Part shown: positions 1 through 11,924 of the stretch, in pieces
How the letters are laid out: the number at the start of each line of letters is the position of its first letter
Position numbering within the stretch: position 1 is the stretch's first letter
NCBI RefSeq assembly: GCF_006345805.1
Contig: NC_043014.1
Span: 48,360,001 to 48,424,000 of the forward strand
Direction: 5' to 3'
DNA: 64,000 nucleotides
From: Octopus sinensis
Taxonomy: Eukaryota
The notes under the pieces: generated by a model
The model's database searches: none
The model's input: only the letters and a program-made list of their open reading frames with translations
Told to the model about the DNA's origin: nothing
Made by a program: the position numbers and the translations under genes

Positions 1-408
1 ACCATGAGTGATGAAGGAACAGTGATGTCCTGTCAATATTGTTACCATATGCTACTAAAACAGTGGAAAGATTATGAAAACTGTAAAACCCCAGGGACCA
101 GTAACCGATGGTTAAGAAAATATGTTCTCAAGAATTTCACTTGTTACGTTTGCAGTAGAACGGCTGAGCGGAAAAAGATCTGTACTTTACAAGTTCCCAA
201 GTTTCCTTTCCTCAAAGATCACAAAGTACCCCAGGGTGCATTGGTGATGGATAGCGGAGAGAGTGTTGTTGTCTGCAAAGGATGCTCTCGTAGTTTGCAC
301 CGACAATTCACTGAATTTGAGCGAATGGGTCTTCGTCTAGAACTACGGAAATACAACTGGATTCAGCCACCTGGTGGCGATGACTCTATGGATGAACAAC
401 ATAGTCAG
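1..408 (+). CDS. 3' part of an internal coding exon of a plexus/GSE1-like protein with repeated CxxC...FPFL...PxGA...CxxC...LxxQ(W/F)xx(Y/F)E...RKY units
   Basis: Frame 1 is open from position 1 with normal amino-acid complexity. Repeat units: CQYCYHMLLKQWKDYE..RKY, then CYVC..KFPFLKDHKVPQGA..VVCKGCSRSLHRQFTEFE..RKY. Ends at CAG|GTAAGA (408/409, phase 0), after which the sequence turns T-rich. Coding status is strong; the family call is from remembered motifs and is less certain. Confidence 0.8.
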
Positions 409-414
409 GTAAGA
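409..414 (+). promoter_or_regulatory. 5' splice donor GTAAGA opening a very large intron
   Basis: CAG|GTAAGA is near-consensus and composition shifts to intron-like right after it. Confidence 0.85.
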
Positions 415-1311
415 AAACTTTTTAACATGTTTTTTTTTCTCTGTAGAAGAAAACTTTTGTCTTTGTTTTTTTGGTGTTTTCAGTTTTTCAGCATCACTAT
501 AAGTCACTTTGGAGGATCATATTTTCCTAAATGACACATTTTTATCAAGTACACTGTATAAAGAATATTGAGTACTACTTCTGTTGTGCTGGCACCACTG
601 ATGGCTAATTGAGACCAGGATGGACAATTGACCTGTTAATTCCAAGCAGAGTCTACAAGTACCAAATTGGATTTGAACGCAAGTGTCAAATATGAGTGAT
701 TGATGGTCAATCTCTATGGAACCATTGTTAATATAAACTTTAAAATGTATTTGAAATGTTTTTTTTGAAGGTAGAATTATTGCCCAGCTTGTTTTCTACT
801 ATCAAAACTAGTTGATGCCATTTATACTTTGACTGATCTCAAACTTCGACACCAGAAAAACTAAACACGCATCTCGTTTACATTAGCAAAACATTTTTTG
901 TTCTTTCATGAATGAAAAACAACAATGAATGTAGACTGGCTTCATTCATAGGTTTAACATGAGACATCATGGGATTCTATGTTGAATGTTTGATATGTAT
1001 CGGGGAAGGCGGGATTGGAAAGTGGGGGTCATACAAATTGCCATGTTTAGCGAAAGTAGATGGTTTTAAACTTGTCCGACACCATGGTGAAGAAAAAAAT
1101 CATATGGGATGTGATCTGTATTTTCTATTCTTGTTTAATTAAGGGGGTAGGGCAAAAATGTTACTAATACTGTGGGACGAGGAAACTATCAGTTTCAAAA
1201 TAACTGTTATAGGTGATGTTTTTTAAAAGGGAATCCCTCTCATTCTTGTCACACAATTTCATTTCCTCTCCTTTATAAATCTGAGACATTGTGCTAATAA
1301 TAATAATAATA

Positions 1312-1870
1312 TTTCTGATTTAGACACAAAGCCTGCAATTTTTAGAGAGACAAGATTAGTTGGTACTATCATCCTCAGTACATGACTAGTACTTTGTTAT
1401 ATTGATCTCAGAGGGATGAAAAGCAAAGTTGATCTCATTACAAAAAGTGTTGGAAAAACTACTGCAAAGCAATTTTTTCTGATGCTCAACCAGTTCTAAT
1501 AATAATAATAGTAATAATAACAATAAATATTTCTAATTTTGGCATATTGCCTTTAATTTTAAGGGAGACGGTTAGTTGATGACAGTGATTCCAGTACTTG
1601 ACTGGTACTTGTTTTATCAGCCCTCGAAAGGATGAAAAGCAAAGTCAACCTCAGTGGAATTTGAACTCAGAATGTAATGTATTAGAAGAAATACTGCAAA
1701 GCATTTTCCCAATGTTCTGACATTTCTGCCAACTCAGCACTAAGTAATAATAATAATAATGATGATGATTTTGGATTGAAATCCTCCAAGTCAGCTTTGC
1801 TTTTCATAACTGTAAAGTTGATGAAATAAGTACCGGTAATGTTACAGGGATTATTTAGTAGGTACTCACC
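1312..1870. mobile_element. Cluster of decayed family-A tRNA-SINEs (two on minus, one partial on plus) separated by (AAT)n
   Basis: Family-A core (reverse complement of GACTTTGCCTTTCATCCTTTCGGGGTCGATAAA..GTACCAG) near 1380-1430 and 1600-1650; plus-strand core near 1790-1835; (AAT)n tracts between copies. Confidence 0.7.
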
Positions 1871-2307
1871 CATATTGTTCTGTAATGTCCTCTCTTCCAT
1901 TGCCCTTGTTGTAAGAAGAGATTACCCCATCCCCCTTTTATTTTTTAGGATTCCTGTTCATGAAATGTTCTCATGTTTTATGTATGAATCTGTATCATTC
2001 ATTCTATCGAAGTTATGGTGTCCTAAAATACCAGATCCCACAGTCATTTTACCATTGCAATGATCTCAGTTCTCCTCCTTTAAGGCCTGTCTTCCAAGCT
2101 TGCATCAGTTGGCGGGCTCAACAGGACTCAATAAGCTGGATGTGTGTGTTGATCCCCAATATCTGCTTTGGCATTTTCTCTACAGTCGGATGCCCTTCCT
2201 AATGCCATCCACTTTACAGAATGTTCTGGGTCCCAGCCCTTTTTGACAAATCAATAGTCTTCCGTGACCCTCCACACTTTTCTTCTATTTTTTGTTTGTA
2301 GCAAATG

Positions 2308-2535
2308 TGAACCCTTTAGCATTTAAATCGGCCATATCCAGCCAAAATATTCTACTTGCTACATGTTCAAAGTGACCAAATCTGGCCCATCACACCTATC
2401 CTACAATGTCAGTCTAAAAATAAATTACTGTGTCATTAGAATCTTGAAGCTACAAGATAATTCATGATTAATTCAAAATAATGTGAATAAATAAGCATTA
2501 CATTAAACAGAATAATCTGAATACTAAAGGGTTAA
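2308..2535. mobile_element. piggyBac-type MITE, family G (about 225 bp, TIR CCCTTTAGCATT)
   Basis: CCCTTTAGCATT ... AATACTAAAGGG-TTAA. Other copies at 8782-9010, about 13497-13680, 25257-25584, 46223-46793 and 60361-60941. TTAA target plus CCC/GGG termini are piggyBac hallmarks. Confidence 0.75.
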
Positions 2536-2700
2536 CATTATATATGAATATTTTACATTTGATGCAATCTTACAAAAAGTAAAAGATTCTGTCTTTGCTA
2601 CTGTTTCAAAATTATATTGGGACATAGATTGGAAACCGCTTCCATAACTTATATTTTAATTGTGGCTAACCTGCTGTTGAAATCTGTCTGCATTGGTCAG

Positions 2701-2927
2701 TTAACCCTTTTGATACCAACACAACTGAAACTGGCTCTGTAGTACAAATTGTCTTGTTTTCATAAAGTTTTGAATTAAAATCTATCACCAAAACTTAGTT
2801 GTAATATATGTTCCTAACACTAAGCCTAATGATAACTAAGCTATTTTACTAAATTCTTTGTTTTATTCAAAATTAATTGAAAGAAACACAGAGCATCTCA
2901 AAATAAAGACAGTAATTGAAGGGTTAA
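2701..2927. mobile_element. piggyBac-type MITE, family F (about 225 bp)
   Basis: TTAA-CCCTTTTGATACC ... GTAATTGAAGGG-TTAA; internal sequence shared with 2951-3179, 11696-11924 and 39837-40064. Confidence 0.8.
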
Positions 2928-2950
2928 AATATATAATAGAGAAGCAATTC

Positions 2951-3179
2951 TTAACTCTTTTGATACCAACCTGGCTGAAAATAATTCTGGCTCTGTAGTA
3001 CAAATGTCTTGTTTTCATAAGTTTTGAATTAAAATCTTCCACCAAACCTTAGTCACAATTTATGTTCTTAACATTAGCTGAATGATAACTGAGTTATTTT
3101 ACTAAATTCTGTGTTACATTTAAAGTAATTGAAAGAAACCCAAAGCATCTCAAAATAAATATGGTAACGAAAGGGTTAA
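2951..3179. mobile_element. piggyBac-type MITE, family F (adjacent second copy)
   Basis: TTAA-CTCTTTTGATACC ... GGTAACGAAAGGG-TTAA. Confidence 0.8.
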
Positions 3180-3199
3180 ATAACATTGAAACAATTACC

Positions 3200-3626
3200 A
3201 CTTAGTTATACATTGCTGTTGTTGCTGTATATACATAGGTTATACTGCATATACCTTAGTTATATTGTCTATTCATAGGTTGCACTGTATGTATATCAGT
3301 TGCAGCATATATACTTTTATTACAGTGTCTATACTTTAATCAAACAGTGTATATGTTGGTTTCACTGTATATACATTGGTTGGACTGTATATAATTTGGT
3401 TACACTATATATACAATAGTTAGCCTGTATTTACTTTAATTACACTATATATACATGGGTTACTGCATATACATTGGTTATACTGTGTGTACCTAGGTTA
3501 CACTGTATATACATTAGTTACAGGGTGTATATATACACACACATACATAGCTACACTCTGTATACATGTTTACATTGTATATGGTTAGTTATACTGTATT
3601 CAATTATACATGTATATATATATATG

Positions 3627-3672
<46 letters not shown>

Positions 3673-3825
3673 CATGTATAATTGAATACAGTATAACTAA
3701 CCATATACAATGTAAACATGTATACAGAGTGTAGCTATGTATGTGTGTGTATATATACACCCTGTAACTAATGTATATACAGTGTAACCTAGGTAACTTA
3801 GTAAAAGTATAACCAAGTAGATACA

Positions 3826-3874
<49 letters not shown>

Positions 3875-3923
3875 TATATATATATATATATATATATATA
3901 CTGTATCTACTTGGTTATACTTT
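3200..3923. repeat. Degenerate ~19-20-bp minisatellite (GGTTACACTGTATATACATT-like) ending in two perfect (TA)n-centred palindromes
   Basis: Recurrent GGTTA(C/T)ACTG..TATA units; inverted arms 3490-3614/3671-3795 and 3804-3826/3901-3923. Confidence 0.85.
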
Positions 3924-4303
3924 ATCAACATTTCCAGGTTGTGGAACCTTTGAAATTCATTCCACATCTCGGCAAATCCCTTCATTAAAATTATTACATG
4001 CCTTCCTTAGTCATTTTCTTTCTCTTTCATGAAATAAAATTTTATGAAGAGATTAAACAACTATAAAACTGCCTTTGAAAGGTTTGGCAATGCTAAATCC
4101 ATCAGATACCACAAAGGTTTCAGGAATTTCATCTTAGCCAAAACATTTTTATGACCAAAACCCTGATAAAGAAGTAAATTTTTTTCCTCATGAAATATAC
4201 TATCTACAGATAATTGATTAAAACCCCTGAACACAGTGCCCCAACATGGCCACGATTTATAGAAGCCAGTAAAAGAACACAGGAATATTATACATTGAGA
4301 GAG

Positions 4304-4520
4304 GGCAGTGGGCTTGCAGAATCATTAGCATGCTGGGCAAAATGCTTAGCGACATTTCATCTAGCTTTACATTCTGAGTTGAAATTCTGCTGAGGTTGAC
4401 TTTGCTTTTCGTCCTTTCGGGGTTGATAAAATTTGTAACAGTTGTGTATTGGGGCGAATGCAATCGACTTACCCCCTCCCCAGAAATTATTGGCTTTGTG
4501 CCAAAATGCGGAACCAATAT
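4304..4520 (+). mobile_element. Family-A tRNA-SINE with Meta-domain-like core, A2 tail
   Basis: Head GGCAGTGGGCTTGCAGAATCATTAGCA, B-box-like GAGTTGAAATTC, core GACTTTGCTTTTCGTCCTTTCGGGGTTGATAAAA, tail GGCTTTGTGCCAAAAT..AACCAAT. Confidence 0.75.
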
Positions 4521-5019
4521 CATAACACAAAGAGACATAAAAATGTCCATTATTGATAATTTAATTTTAAGATGTGTCTCTTCTTTTCAAGTTAAAACCC
4601 TGAAAATACCATAGCCATCATAAATTAAATTCATTACGGTTCATTAGGTGTCCTTCTTAAATGGATTTTTATCCAGTTTAGAAATGAATTCTATTACAGG
4701 ACTTGTCAAACTTGTCTTTATAGCATTCTAAATTGCTTTATAGACCCCTTAGAAGACCCAGCAGTGGTTGTGTTTGCAAACTAGGTAAACTTCCATTGTC
4801 GTGTTATAAAATCTAATCACGGTCAATCTGTTTTTCTTTTCACAAAGACACTACCCCCACCACCACCATTGACTTTGCCCTTCGATAACTTCACAATATT
4901 AACCCAACATTGTCTTTAGCTCTCTGAAACTTTGTTTCAAAATGTTCATATTTCAATGTAAGCCCTTCTATGATAAGTTTATTATAGAACCTAGATATAT
5001 TATATTCCAAGTAATAATA

Positions 5020-5392
5020 ATTCTTTCTGTTATGGATACAAGGCCTGAAACATTAGGGGAGGGAGCTTGTTGATTACATCAACCCCAGTGCTTAACTGGC
5101 TTTAACTTTATAGACCCCAAAAGGACGAAAGGCAGTTGTCCTTGATGGAATTTGAACTCTGAATGTAAAGATTCAGAACAAATATTGCAAACCGTTTTTC
5201 CAATGTTCCAACAATTCTGCCAACTTACCACCCTAATAATAATAATAATATGATGATGATGATAATTCCACCAGGGTTGACTTGGTCTTTCATCCTTTTG
5301 GGATTGATAAAATAAGTACCAGCTGAATGCTGGGGTTGGTGTAATCGACTTACCCTTTCTTCAAAATTGCTGTGCCAAAATTTTAAACTAAT
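5020..5392. mobile_element. Inverted pair of family-A SINEs (minus about 5020-5232, plus about 5265-5392)
   Basis: The same core is read in opposite orientations either side of an (AAT)n(GAT)n spacer. Confidence 0.7.
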
Positions 5393-6678
5393 GATAATAA
5401 TAATAATAATAATCCTATGTAAGTATATTTCCTTAAAGTGTCAATTAACCCCTCCTGCCCTTTTAGTGTTGTTTGCAGACCTATTGGAGGAAGGTAACTG
5501 GAAGAAGCCTGACTGAGTGGATAAGGTATTAGCTTATCTCCTCATATGTTACGAGTTCAAATCTGCCACAAGTATTTCATTATATTTTTGGACTGAACAC
5601 TTTATTTTGCATTACCTTAGTTTACCATTTCGGATTGAACTAAACTGTGTTACCAACTTCTAAGTGGTAACAATCTCATTGATTGTCAGGTGTGTAATAT
5701 TTGGCTCAATTTCTATCCAATATACTGAGCCAGGTAACTGATTCTGAAGAAGCTCCAGTACTGGTGCACTTTATTACTTCATTTGCAATTTTCAGTTTGT
5801 ACCTGTCTAATTATAACCTGTTCACCTTTGTATGTGATAAAGATTTGTATGGTGGCACACAGCTGTGAAGCAAAAAAAGACCAAGAAATAGAGTATATTT
5901 CATTGAAAATGCAGACTAAATTTGAATTTAAAATACAGTTCATAAAATACCATTATAATCAGCAATTTGAGAGAGGAAAGCACAACAGATATAATGACAC
6001 TGACCATCGGTGGACCTGTTGCTATTTTCTTCCATAAAGTACCGTCTCATATTGTTTGCATTAAAATCTTAGTCAATTCAATAAGTTCACATAAAAAGCA
6101 TCCAGTCCACACTGCAAAGTGGTTGGTGTCAGGAAGGACATCCCACTGTAAAAATCCTGTCAGAACAGACGGTGAAGCCTGGTACAGTCTTCTGCCTAGC
6201 CAGCTCCTGTCAAACTGTCCAACCCATGCCAGCATGGAAATCAGACATTAAATGATAATGACATTAGTTAAATATATATCATTGACATATCAGAAATCGA
6301 GCAGTCCTTATTTTTTAATCTCTTGACATGATCTGATCTTTGGTCGAAAGACCTTCGTTTGATAATAACATTGTGTCTGTTATCTCTGATCTATTTAAAT
6401 CTTTTTGGTAGAATCTAAATTAGTTTTAGTTGATTCATTGTTGTAAATTAACGGAACTCTTCACTGTAAGTCATTTTGGTTGAGAAAATCTGTTTAGTGT
6501 TTTGCAATTAGCTTATCGTTTATCTTATAAACTGTCTGTCTTATGTCAGTATGGGGAAAGAGATGTTGAAGTTAGATTTGAATTTTGGTCGTCGTGGGAT
6601 AGAGCTAAATTACTACTTGATGTTGCTGTCCAACGACCCTAGTAAATATAGACTTTATCATGCGCTTCATGGTAACAT

Positions 6679-7024
6679 GTGAAGGCGCATGGCTCAGTGG
6701 TTAGAGCATCGAGCTTACGATCGTGAGGTTGTGAGCTCGAATCCCGGACCGGGCTGTGTGTTGTGTTCTTGAGCAAGGCACTTTATTTCACGTTGCTCCA
6801 GTTCACTCAGCTGTAGAAATGAGTTGCGACATCACAGGTGCCAAGCTGTATCGGCCTTTGTGTTTCCCTTGGATAACACTGGTGGCGTGGAGAGGGGAGG
6901 CTGGTATGCATGGGCGACTGCTGGTCTTCCATAAACAACCTTGCCCGGACTTGTGTCTAGGAGGGTAACTTTCTAGGTGCAATCCCATGGTCATTCATGA
7001 CCGAAGGGGGTCTTTACCCTTACC
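6679..7024 (+). mobile_element. Family-C tRNA-derived SINE, full length
   Basis: A box TGGCTCAGTGG, B-box-like GCTCGAATCC, central TTGAGCAAGGCACTTTA, short TACCC-repeat tail; 10-bp TSD CATGGTAACA at 6668-6677 and 7025-7034. Other copies at 16447-16801 (-) and 46299-46638 (+). Confidence 0.88.
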
Positions 7025-7272
7025 CATGGTAACAATATTCAGCAAAAAGAATTAGCTACAAAACTGCCCATCGCACAATGAGAGTGCATATTTTGATGCC
7101 AGTCTGATGAAGTGTCACTCCAATGTAATCAACAATAATTGTAGACCTTCTCACACAAAATCATTTGCATGCAATGGCATTAGAAACGGAGTAGTATTAA
7201 AACAATTGCAACTAATGATAAAGATGTGCAAAATTTATTCATTGTCTTCTTAACTGTATCATATATTTACAT

Positions 7273-7411
7273 TTAGGAAGGGCATCCAGCTGTAGAAACA
7301 TTGCCAGATAAGACTGGAGCCTGGTGCAGCCTTCTGGCTTCCCAGATCCCCGGTCGAACCATCCAACCCATGCTAGCATGGAGAACGGACGTTAAACGAT
7401 GATGATGATGA
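7273..7411 (+). mobile_element. Family-D (GAT)n-tailed retroposon 3' end (RTE-type tail)
   Basis: TTAGGAAGGGCATCCAGCTGTAGAAAC...AACCCATGCTAGCATGG..GGACGTTAAACGATGATGAT. Other copies at about 6090-6260, 8465-8725(-), 9394-9663, 15241-15378, 23215-23380, 25462-25561(-), 41243-41398, 42545-42803, 45695-45896, 62510-62700(-) and 63316-63457. The last directly follows an RTE ORF fragment. Confidence 0.8.
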
Positions 7412-7960
7412 TAAAATAAAAACATGGCTATGTGGTTAACATGTTTGCTTTCCAATCACATGGTTTTGGTTTCAGCCCCACTGCATGGTGCCTTGGGCAG
7501 GCGTCTTCTACTACAGCCCCAGGTCAACCAAAACCCGGTGAGGTGAATTTGGTGGGTGGAAATGGAAAGAAGCCATCATAGGTATATGGCTGTATGGTTA
7601 AGATGTTTGCTTCCCAACCATATGGTTTTGGGCTCAGTCCCATTGTGTGGCACTTCTACTATGCCCCCAAGCTGGCGAAAGCCATGTAAGTGGATCTTGT
7701 AGATGGGAACTGTGTGGAAGCTTTTCGTTTATGCTTGTGCCTCTTTGACTTGACATTGCATGGTAGTTGTAAAATGAGCTTCACTATCATGCAAGTGAGG
7801 TGTGGTGGTGGTGGTGGGCTTTCTTATCTTTCATGAAAATATATCTGGTCATGCGGAAATATTATCTTTTGAAACAGGAAGAGTGTTTAGCTGTAGAAAA
7901 TTTGCACCAATGAATTCTATCTAACCCATACAGGCATGGAAAAATGGATGTTAAAATTAT

Positions 7961-8050
<90 letters not shown>

Positions 8051-9107
8051 TACTCCTGTCAACAAACTGTCCATTTACCTCATACTTTTGAAAATGTGTG
8101 TACTTGAAAAACATTTAAGGGTTCACAACAAGAAGAGTGTTTTGTTGTAAAACAATGCCTTAATAATGTATTCTTACCATTTTTTTCGTGGAATACATAC
8201 CCCCATGTGTTTGAGTTTTATAATTAATCAATAACTTGAAGTGATTTATCCAACTTTTGCATTATCAATTTGGCTTTTGGAACAAACTTATTGGAGGGTT
8301 CTTGGATAAAATTATGCTGTAAGGTTTTAATTTAAATATCTAAATAATTACATACCAAATCAATCTATTTAACTTATTAACAGATCCTATGTAATACTTA
8401 CATTATTATAAAAGATTTATTTCTAATAGTAACAATAATCATCAATAATTACTAATATACTTATCATTGTTTAACATCTGCCTTCCATGTTAGCATGGGT
8501 TGGATGGTTTGACTGAGGACTGGGAAGCCGGGAGGCTGCACCAGGCTCCAATCTGATCTGGCAAGGTTTCTACAGCTAGATGCCCTGCCTAACGCTAACC
8601 ACTATAAGAGTGTAGTGGGTGGTTTTTATGTGCCACTGGCACGGGGACCAGTCAGGCAGCACTGGCATTGACTACCCTTGAATGGTGCTTTTTACATGCC
8701 ACCAGCATGGGAGCCAGTTAGGCAGTACAAATTCTGTATAATCTATTAAAATTATGCGAGTTTACCTCACATAAAATCTATTCAACCCTTCAGCATTTAA
8801 ACTAACCATATCCAGTCCAGCTATTCTACCTGCTTTACATTCAAACTAGCCATTTCTAGCCTCTTACACCTACCCTATATTGACACTTTAAAAATAAACA
8901 ATCACATCACTGAAATCTCAAAGGTATAAGATAATGTATGGTTAATTCAAAACAATATGAATAAATAAAGTATTACATTTAACAGAGTAATCTGAACACT
9001 AAAGGGTTAATATATGTCTGAAGAAAGAAATTTTGTATTTAAAAAAAACAGAATTGAAGGGTTTCAGTCAGTATTGAAAGGGTTAAAAGCTCGGTGGCAG
9101 TGATATT

Positions 9108-9330
9108 CTTTTCTACTTGAGGTACGAGGCCCGAAATTTTTCGGGAAGTGGGGGAGGCAGTCGATTAAATCAACCCCAGTATGCAACTGCTACTTAATTT
9201 ATCGACCTTGAAAGGATGAAAGGCAAATTCAACCTCGGCGGAATTTGAACTCGGCATGCTAGCCGAAATGCTTAACAGTATTTTGTCTGTCTTTATGTTC
9301 AGAGTTCAAATTCTGTCAGCTCGCCGCCTT
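9108..9330 (-). mobile_element. Family-A SINE with a 14-bp TSD and an internal inversion
   Basis: TSD GTGGCAGTGATATT at 9094-9107 and 9333-9346; segment 9253-9313 is in the opposite orientation to the rest. Confidence 0.85.
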
Positions 9331-9393
9331 CAGTGGCAGTGATATTAAGGGTCTGAGGAACTACCAACAAGGCCACTGTACTGTAGTGTTTTG

Positions 9394-9663
9394 CCGTTGC
9401 CAGCCTCGCCTGGCCCCCGTGCCGGTGGCACGTAAAAGCACCATCCGTTCGTGGCCGTTTGCCAGCTCCGTCTGGCACCTGTGCGGGTGGCACGTAAAAA
9501 GCACCCACTACACTCATGGAGTGGTTGGCGTTAGGAAGGGCATCCAGCCGTAGAAACACTGCCAGATCAGACTGGGCCTGATGCAGCCTTCTGGTTTCAC
9601 AGACCCCAGTTGAACTGTCCAACCCATGCTAGCATGGAAAGAGGACGCTAAATGATGATGATG
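9394..9663 (+). mobile_element. Longer family-D copy with duplicated GTGGCACGTAAAA(A)GCACC module
   Basis: Two tandem GCCAG..CTGGC / GTGGCACGTAAAAGCACC modules, then the (GAT)n-tailed 3' end; CpGs are retained. Confidence 0.8.
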
Positions 9664-9949
9664 TACAAGTGCAACCTTCAGTTTACCTGACTGATGAATA
9701 GGTTCCATTTCACTGTGAGATGGTAATCATAGGCTTGTTGTACAACTGATTCTCAAAGAGAAGCCATTTGGCCAACAAAGTCTATGTCACATTATAAAGA
9801 AACCCTCATAAGAAAAAGGGGATATTTAGGTGCTACAGAAATTTGAGAGAATCACATGACCACCTTCTCCTAATTCTCATTTTTTTCTTTGTTAATTTCA
9901 ACAACATATTAAGCATTACATACTTACTATCTAGCTACTATACACTATC

Positions 9950-10220
9950 CAGCCATGTTCGCTATCCACCCACGTTCACTATCCACCCAAGTTCACTATC
10001 CACCCATGTCCACTATCCACCCACATCCACTATCCACCCACGTCCACTGTCCACCCACGTCCACTGTCCACCCACGTCCACTTTCCACCCACGTCCACTT
10101 TCCACCCACGTCCACTTTCCACCCACGTTCACTATCCACCCACGTTCACTATCCACCACGTTCACTATCCATCTACTGTTCACTGTCCATCTACTATTCA
10201 CTGTCTACTTACTATATACT
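9950..10220. repeat. 17-bp minisatellite (ATCCACCCACGTTCACT), about 14 units
   Basis: Tandem units read directly; explains the 17-aa periodicity of ORFs 9843-10229 and 9955-10284. Confidence 0.9.
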
Positions 10221-10257
10221 AACTGCTAGTCAGCTGCCAAATACTATCAATTTATTA

Positions 10258-10690
10258 GTTCTATCTGTGCCATGTGGCACATAGGGCCACAGTATGATTT
10301 CTCTAACCGGCTCTGTTCTCTGTCACCGTTCTGGTCTCATTCCTGCTTCTCCTCCTTTGCTTTCTTCTTTCCTTGTCAATGGCCCTTCGCCATATGGTTT
10401 TGCGGTGCTCTGCTGCTCTTTTCCCCTCTGCGATTTTATGTCACCATACAACTGCCTTCTCAATCTTGACTGAGGACGCGTCCGATCCAGTTCCAGCAAC
10501 TGTGTCCTGTTTTGTCACTGATCCTGTTGACGCCTCCTGTCATCTCAATTGTTTCATTTCAGGCTCTTTGCAACCACTTGATGTCAAGTATTCTCTTTAA
10601 GCATGTGAATTGGAAGCTATCCTTTGTCTTTCTTCTATTTTTGTCACTTTCCATTGTCACATCCGTAGAGTAATACTGGACCAATATCTT
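10258..10690 (-). mobile_element. Decayed RTE-clade LINE, C-terminal/3' fragment
   Basis: Minus strand reads FQFTCLKRILDIKWLQ..NET, WNWIGRVL, KTIWRRAIDKERRK and ALCATWH across frameshifts and stops, matching the RTE C-terminal motif series. Confidence 0.75.
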
Positions 10691-11695
10691 GAACAGTTTC
10701 AGCTACTATTTACTAGCCAACTCCCAAATACTATCTACCTACTAGATACTATCAACCTACTAAATAGTATCCAGCTACTATATGCTGTCAAGATATGGGG
10801 CCCTCCACATAGAAACAGTAGCATTTAACAGTTTTAGGGAGGATATTTGGTAACACATGAAGATCAAAAGAAGGCAATAGTTGATATTGTACAAGTTCAT
10901 TAATCCTTGTACATTTGGTTGTGGCCAGATATTGCATCAGCTACTTGTCTCACACAGAATAAATTGCAAATCATAAGAATATATTTAACCCTTCTAAGAA
11001 TTTTGTTTCGTTATTTTGCTGAAGTATTATTATTATTATTAAAATGTTTAGTATTCTTTTTACTTTATATTCCTACTGGACATTTGTCTTTATAGAAATT
11101 TACTTGCATAGAAATAGTTGATTTGAACAGATGACAGAGATAAGTTAGATTCAGAAGGTCTGTCATGAACCCTATAGCTTACTAAGCTGGGCTTCACCTG
11201 GTTCATGACTGATAGGCAGCGAGCTGGCAGAAACGTTAGCAAGCCAGGCAAAATGTGTAGCCTGAAGGGCTTCAGTTAGTATTGAAAGGGTTAAAGGCTC
11301 ATTGACAGTGATATTAAGGTCTGAGGAACTAACAGCAAGGCCACTTTACAGTAGTGGTTTTGAGCGAAATGCACGTGTGTCCTTCGGCTTGCCTGACTGA
11401 CAAATTGGGTTTTATTTTGCTCTGTGATTGTGAGTGTAAGACCCTAACTGCTAGGCCTTCACTTAATAAAAAATACAAAATAACAAAACACAAGCAAAAA
11501 AAAGATTGAAATTTCCCATACTTCTCAAAAATGGAGGCTAAAGACAAGTACAATAAATTCTTGTGACCCATTGTAGTTGAATTTATGAAGACTAGATCGT
11601 GTGTAACTCTACAAGTTTTTGTATTCTTTCATATTTTGGTCACCAGTCTTCTATTTTGTTATGGAATTTTGGTCACTAAGGAAGATATCACTTGT

Positions 11696-11924
11696 TTAAC
11701 CCTTTCATTACCAACCCGGCTGAAACTGGCTCTAGCTCTGAGTACAAATGCCTTGTTTTTGTAAGTTTTGAATTAAAATCTTCCACCAAACCTTAGTCAC
11801 AATTTATGTTTCCTAACACTAGCTGAATGATAACTAAGTTATTTTTATAAATTCTTTGTTATATTTAAAGTAATTCAAAGAAACACAGAGCATCTCAAAA
11901 TAAATACAGTAACGAAAGGGTTAA
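11696..11924. mobile_element. piggyBac-type MITE, family F
   Basis: TTAA-CCCTTTCATTAC ... GTAACGAAAGGG-TTAA. Confidence 0.88.

Noticed and set aside
409-534. C-terminal 41 codons of ORF 4..534
   Set aside because: Read-through past a consensus splice donor into T-rich intron (Phe-rich, low complexity).
3935-4125. Possible old long hairpin centred near 4035
   Set aside because: Pairing is patchy and within chance for AT-rich DNA.
6683-6755. tRNA gene-like sequence (also at 46303, 58711 and 63745-63815)
   Set aside because: These are SINE heads: each runs into a SINE body, most with TSDs, and none shows a clean acceptor stem or Pol III terminator.
7104-7135. CTGATGA as a hammerhead core (also at 9694, 21737, 27336 and 27708)
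   Set aside because: No properly placed GAAA with closing stems I-III.
9394-9510. HDV-like ribozyme in the family-D 5' modules
   Set aside because: Small hairpins are present, but I could not build the nested double pseudoknot.
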